A stretch of DNA of 61,800 bases, counting the filler. It is 4 parts of 4 records of this genome, joined end to end, with 100 filler letters (N's around TTAATTAATTAA, not from the genome) between each part and the next. Parts side by side here need not be neighbours in the genome. Positions count along the whole stretch, not along the records: positions 54,499 to 61,800 come from SRR2962707_2627; 3 more parts are not named here. One strand, written 5' to 3'. The translations under genes were made by a program, and so were the position numbers. Shown here piece by piece: positions 60,734 through 61,800 of the stretch. Below the pieces are notes generated by a model that was not told the DNA's origin, searched no databases, and saw nothing but the letters and a program-made list of their open reading frames with translations. Every line of letters starts with the position of its first letter. The stretch's first letter is position 1.

Positions 60734-61551
60734 CGTCCAGCCTTCCCCAGTCGCGGATCGAGCATATCGCGCAGCCCGTCCCCGAGCATGTTCAGCCCAA
60801 GTACCGAAAAGACGATAGCCAGCCCCGGCACCAGCGCCACATGCGGCGCCAGCGAGATCATCGTCTGCGCCTCGGCCAGCATCCGCCCCCAGCTCGGCAA
60901 TGGCGGCTGCGCGCCGAGCCCCACATAGGCCAGCCCCGCCTCGGCCAGGATAGCCAGTGAAAACTGGATCGTTGCCTGAACGATCAGCATGTTGGCGATG
61001 TTGGGCAGCACGTGTTCGAGTGAAATCAGCGCCCTGCCCTTGCCCGCAACCCGCGCCGCCATGATGAATTCGCGCTGCCACACCCCCATTGCCGCCCCGC
61101 GCGTCAGCCGCGCAAACACCGGAATGTTGAAGATCCCGATGGCGATGATCGCGTTGATCGCCCCCGGCCCGAACACCGCCGTTATCAGGATGGCGATGAT
61201 GAGCGCTGGAAACGCGAACACCAGGTCGTTGCCACGCATGATGATGTCGTCGAGCGCCGATCCGCCCCGTGCCGCCGCCGAAAGCCCCAGCGGCACGCCA
61301 ACCGCCATCCCCAGCCCGACCGCCACCAGCGCCACAGCAATGGAGGTCTGCGCGCCCACAAGGATCATCGAAACCATGTCGCGCCCGAAATGGTCTGTCC
61401 CCAGCCAATGCTCCGGCCCCGGCGGCAACAGCCGCTCACCAACCGCAATCAGCGTCACGTCATATGGCGTCCAGAACAGCGAGAGCAACGCCATCCCGGC
61501 GAGAATCGCCGTCAGCGCCGCACCGATACCAAGCCCCAGGCTGCCTCTCAT
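60730..61551 (-). CDS. Peptide ABC permease (DppC-like)
   Basis: HWLGTDHFGRD, EFIMAARVAG, PSWGRML. Confidence 0.93.
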   Translation of the reverse strand: MRGSLGLGIGAALTAILAGMALLSLFWTPYDVTLIAVGERLLPPGPEHWLGTDHFGRDMVSMILVGAQTSIAVALVAVGLGMAVGVPLGLSAAARGGSALDDIIMRGNDLVFAFPALIIAILITAVFGPGAINAIIAIGIFNIPVFARLTRGAAMGVWQREFIMAARVAGKGRALISLEHVLPNIANMLIVQATIQFSLAILAEAGLAYVGLGAQPPLPSWGRMLAEAQTMISLAPHVALVPGLAIVFSVLGLNMLGDGLRDMLDPRLGKAGR

Positions 61552-61800
61552 TGCCGCCCCCGCCGCAGGCGTGGATCGACAGCCGCATAGCCGATATCGA
61601 CAACGAAGGTGACGAGGATCACCGCAAACACCAGGATCATCACCACCGAGCGTACGACGATCAAATCCCGCGCCGTGATCGCCTGAAACGCCAGCCGCCC
61701 CAGTCCGGGCAGGTAAAAGACGTTCTCGATGATGATCGCCCCGGCCAAAAGGAACGAAAACTGCAATCCCATGATGGTCAGCACCGGGATCAGCGCATTG
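61548..61800 (-). CDS. Peptide ABC permease (DppB-like), 3' part
   Basis: IIENVFYLPGLGR, DIGYAAVDPRLR. Confidence 0.9.
   Translation of the reverse strand, partial: NALIPVLTIMGLQFSFLLAGAIIIENVFYLPGLGRLAFQAITARDLIVVRSVVMILVFAVILVTFVVDIGYAAVDPRLRRGRQ

Overview
The window is four contig fragments joined by artificial 100-nt linkers (N-run, TTAATTAATTAA, N-run, at 21880-21979, 32575-32674 and 54399-54498), so adjacency across linkers has no biological meaning. Gene content and order (gloB, hisC-tyrC-DUF2125-chaC, carD-fdxA, valS-popZ-tolC-pcm, Omp25-like genes, nuoA) indicate a high-GC Hyphomicrobiales alphaproteobacterium, possibly Devosia/Pelagibacterium-like (inference). Fragment 1 is mostly core genes plus small regulator/enzyme modules: ECF42-type sigma with YciI and MAPEG, TetR with a flavin monooxygenase, HxlR with a tautomerase, and an orphan siderophore-binding protein. 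Fragment 2 has a TRAP/nitrilase/two-aldolase/LysR catabolic operon of unknown substrate, cueR-copA, and a RES-Xre toxin-antitoxin pair. Fragment 3 holds the most notable region, about 15.4 kb. It contains a complete N-type ATPase operon (atpDCQRBEFAG), a USP, an eRF1-domain-2-like protein, an SDR, a GNAT-less acetate-CoA ligase, acetate kinase and phosphoketolase. Three perfect FNR/FixK boxes with class II promoter spacing and one degenerate box sit ahead of its transcription units, suggesting a microoxic energy-maintenance module. Fragment 4 is core genes. Two families of short intergenic repeats and several candidate alternative-sigma promoters were also seen. No rRNA, tRNA, CRISPR array, transposase or integrase was found. 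All family calls come from motif recognition, not database searches.
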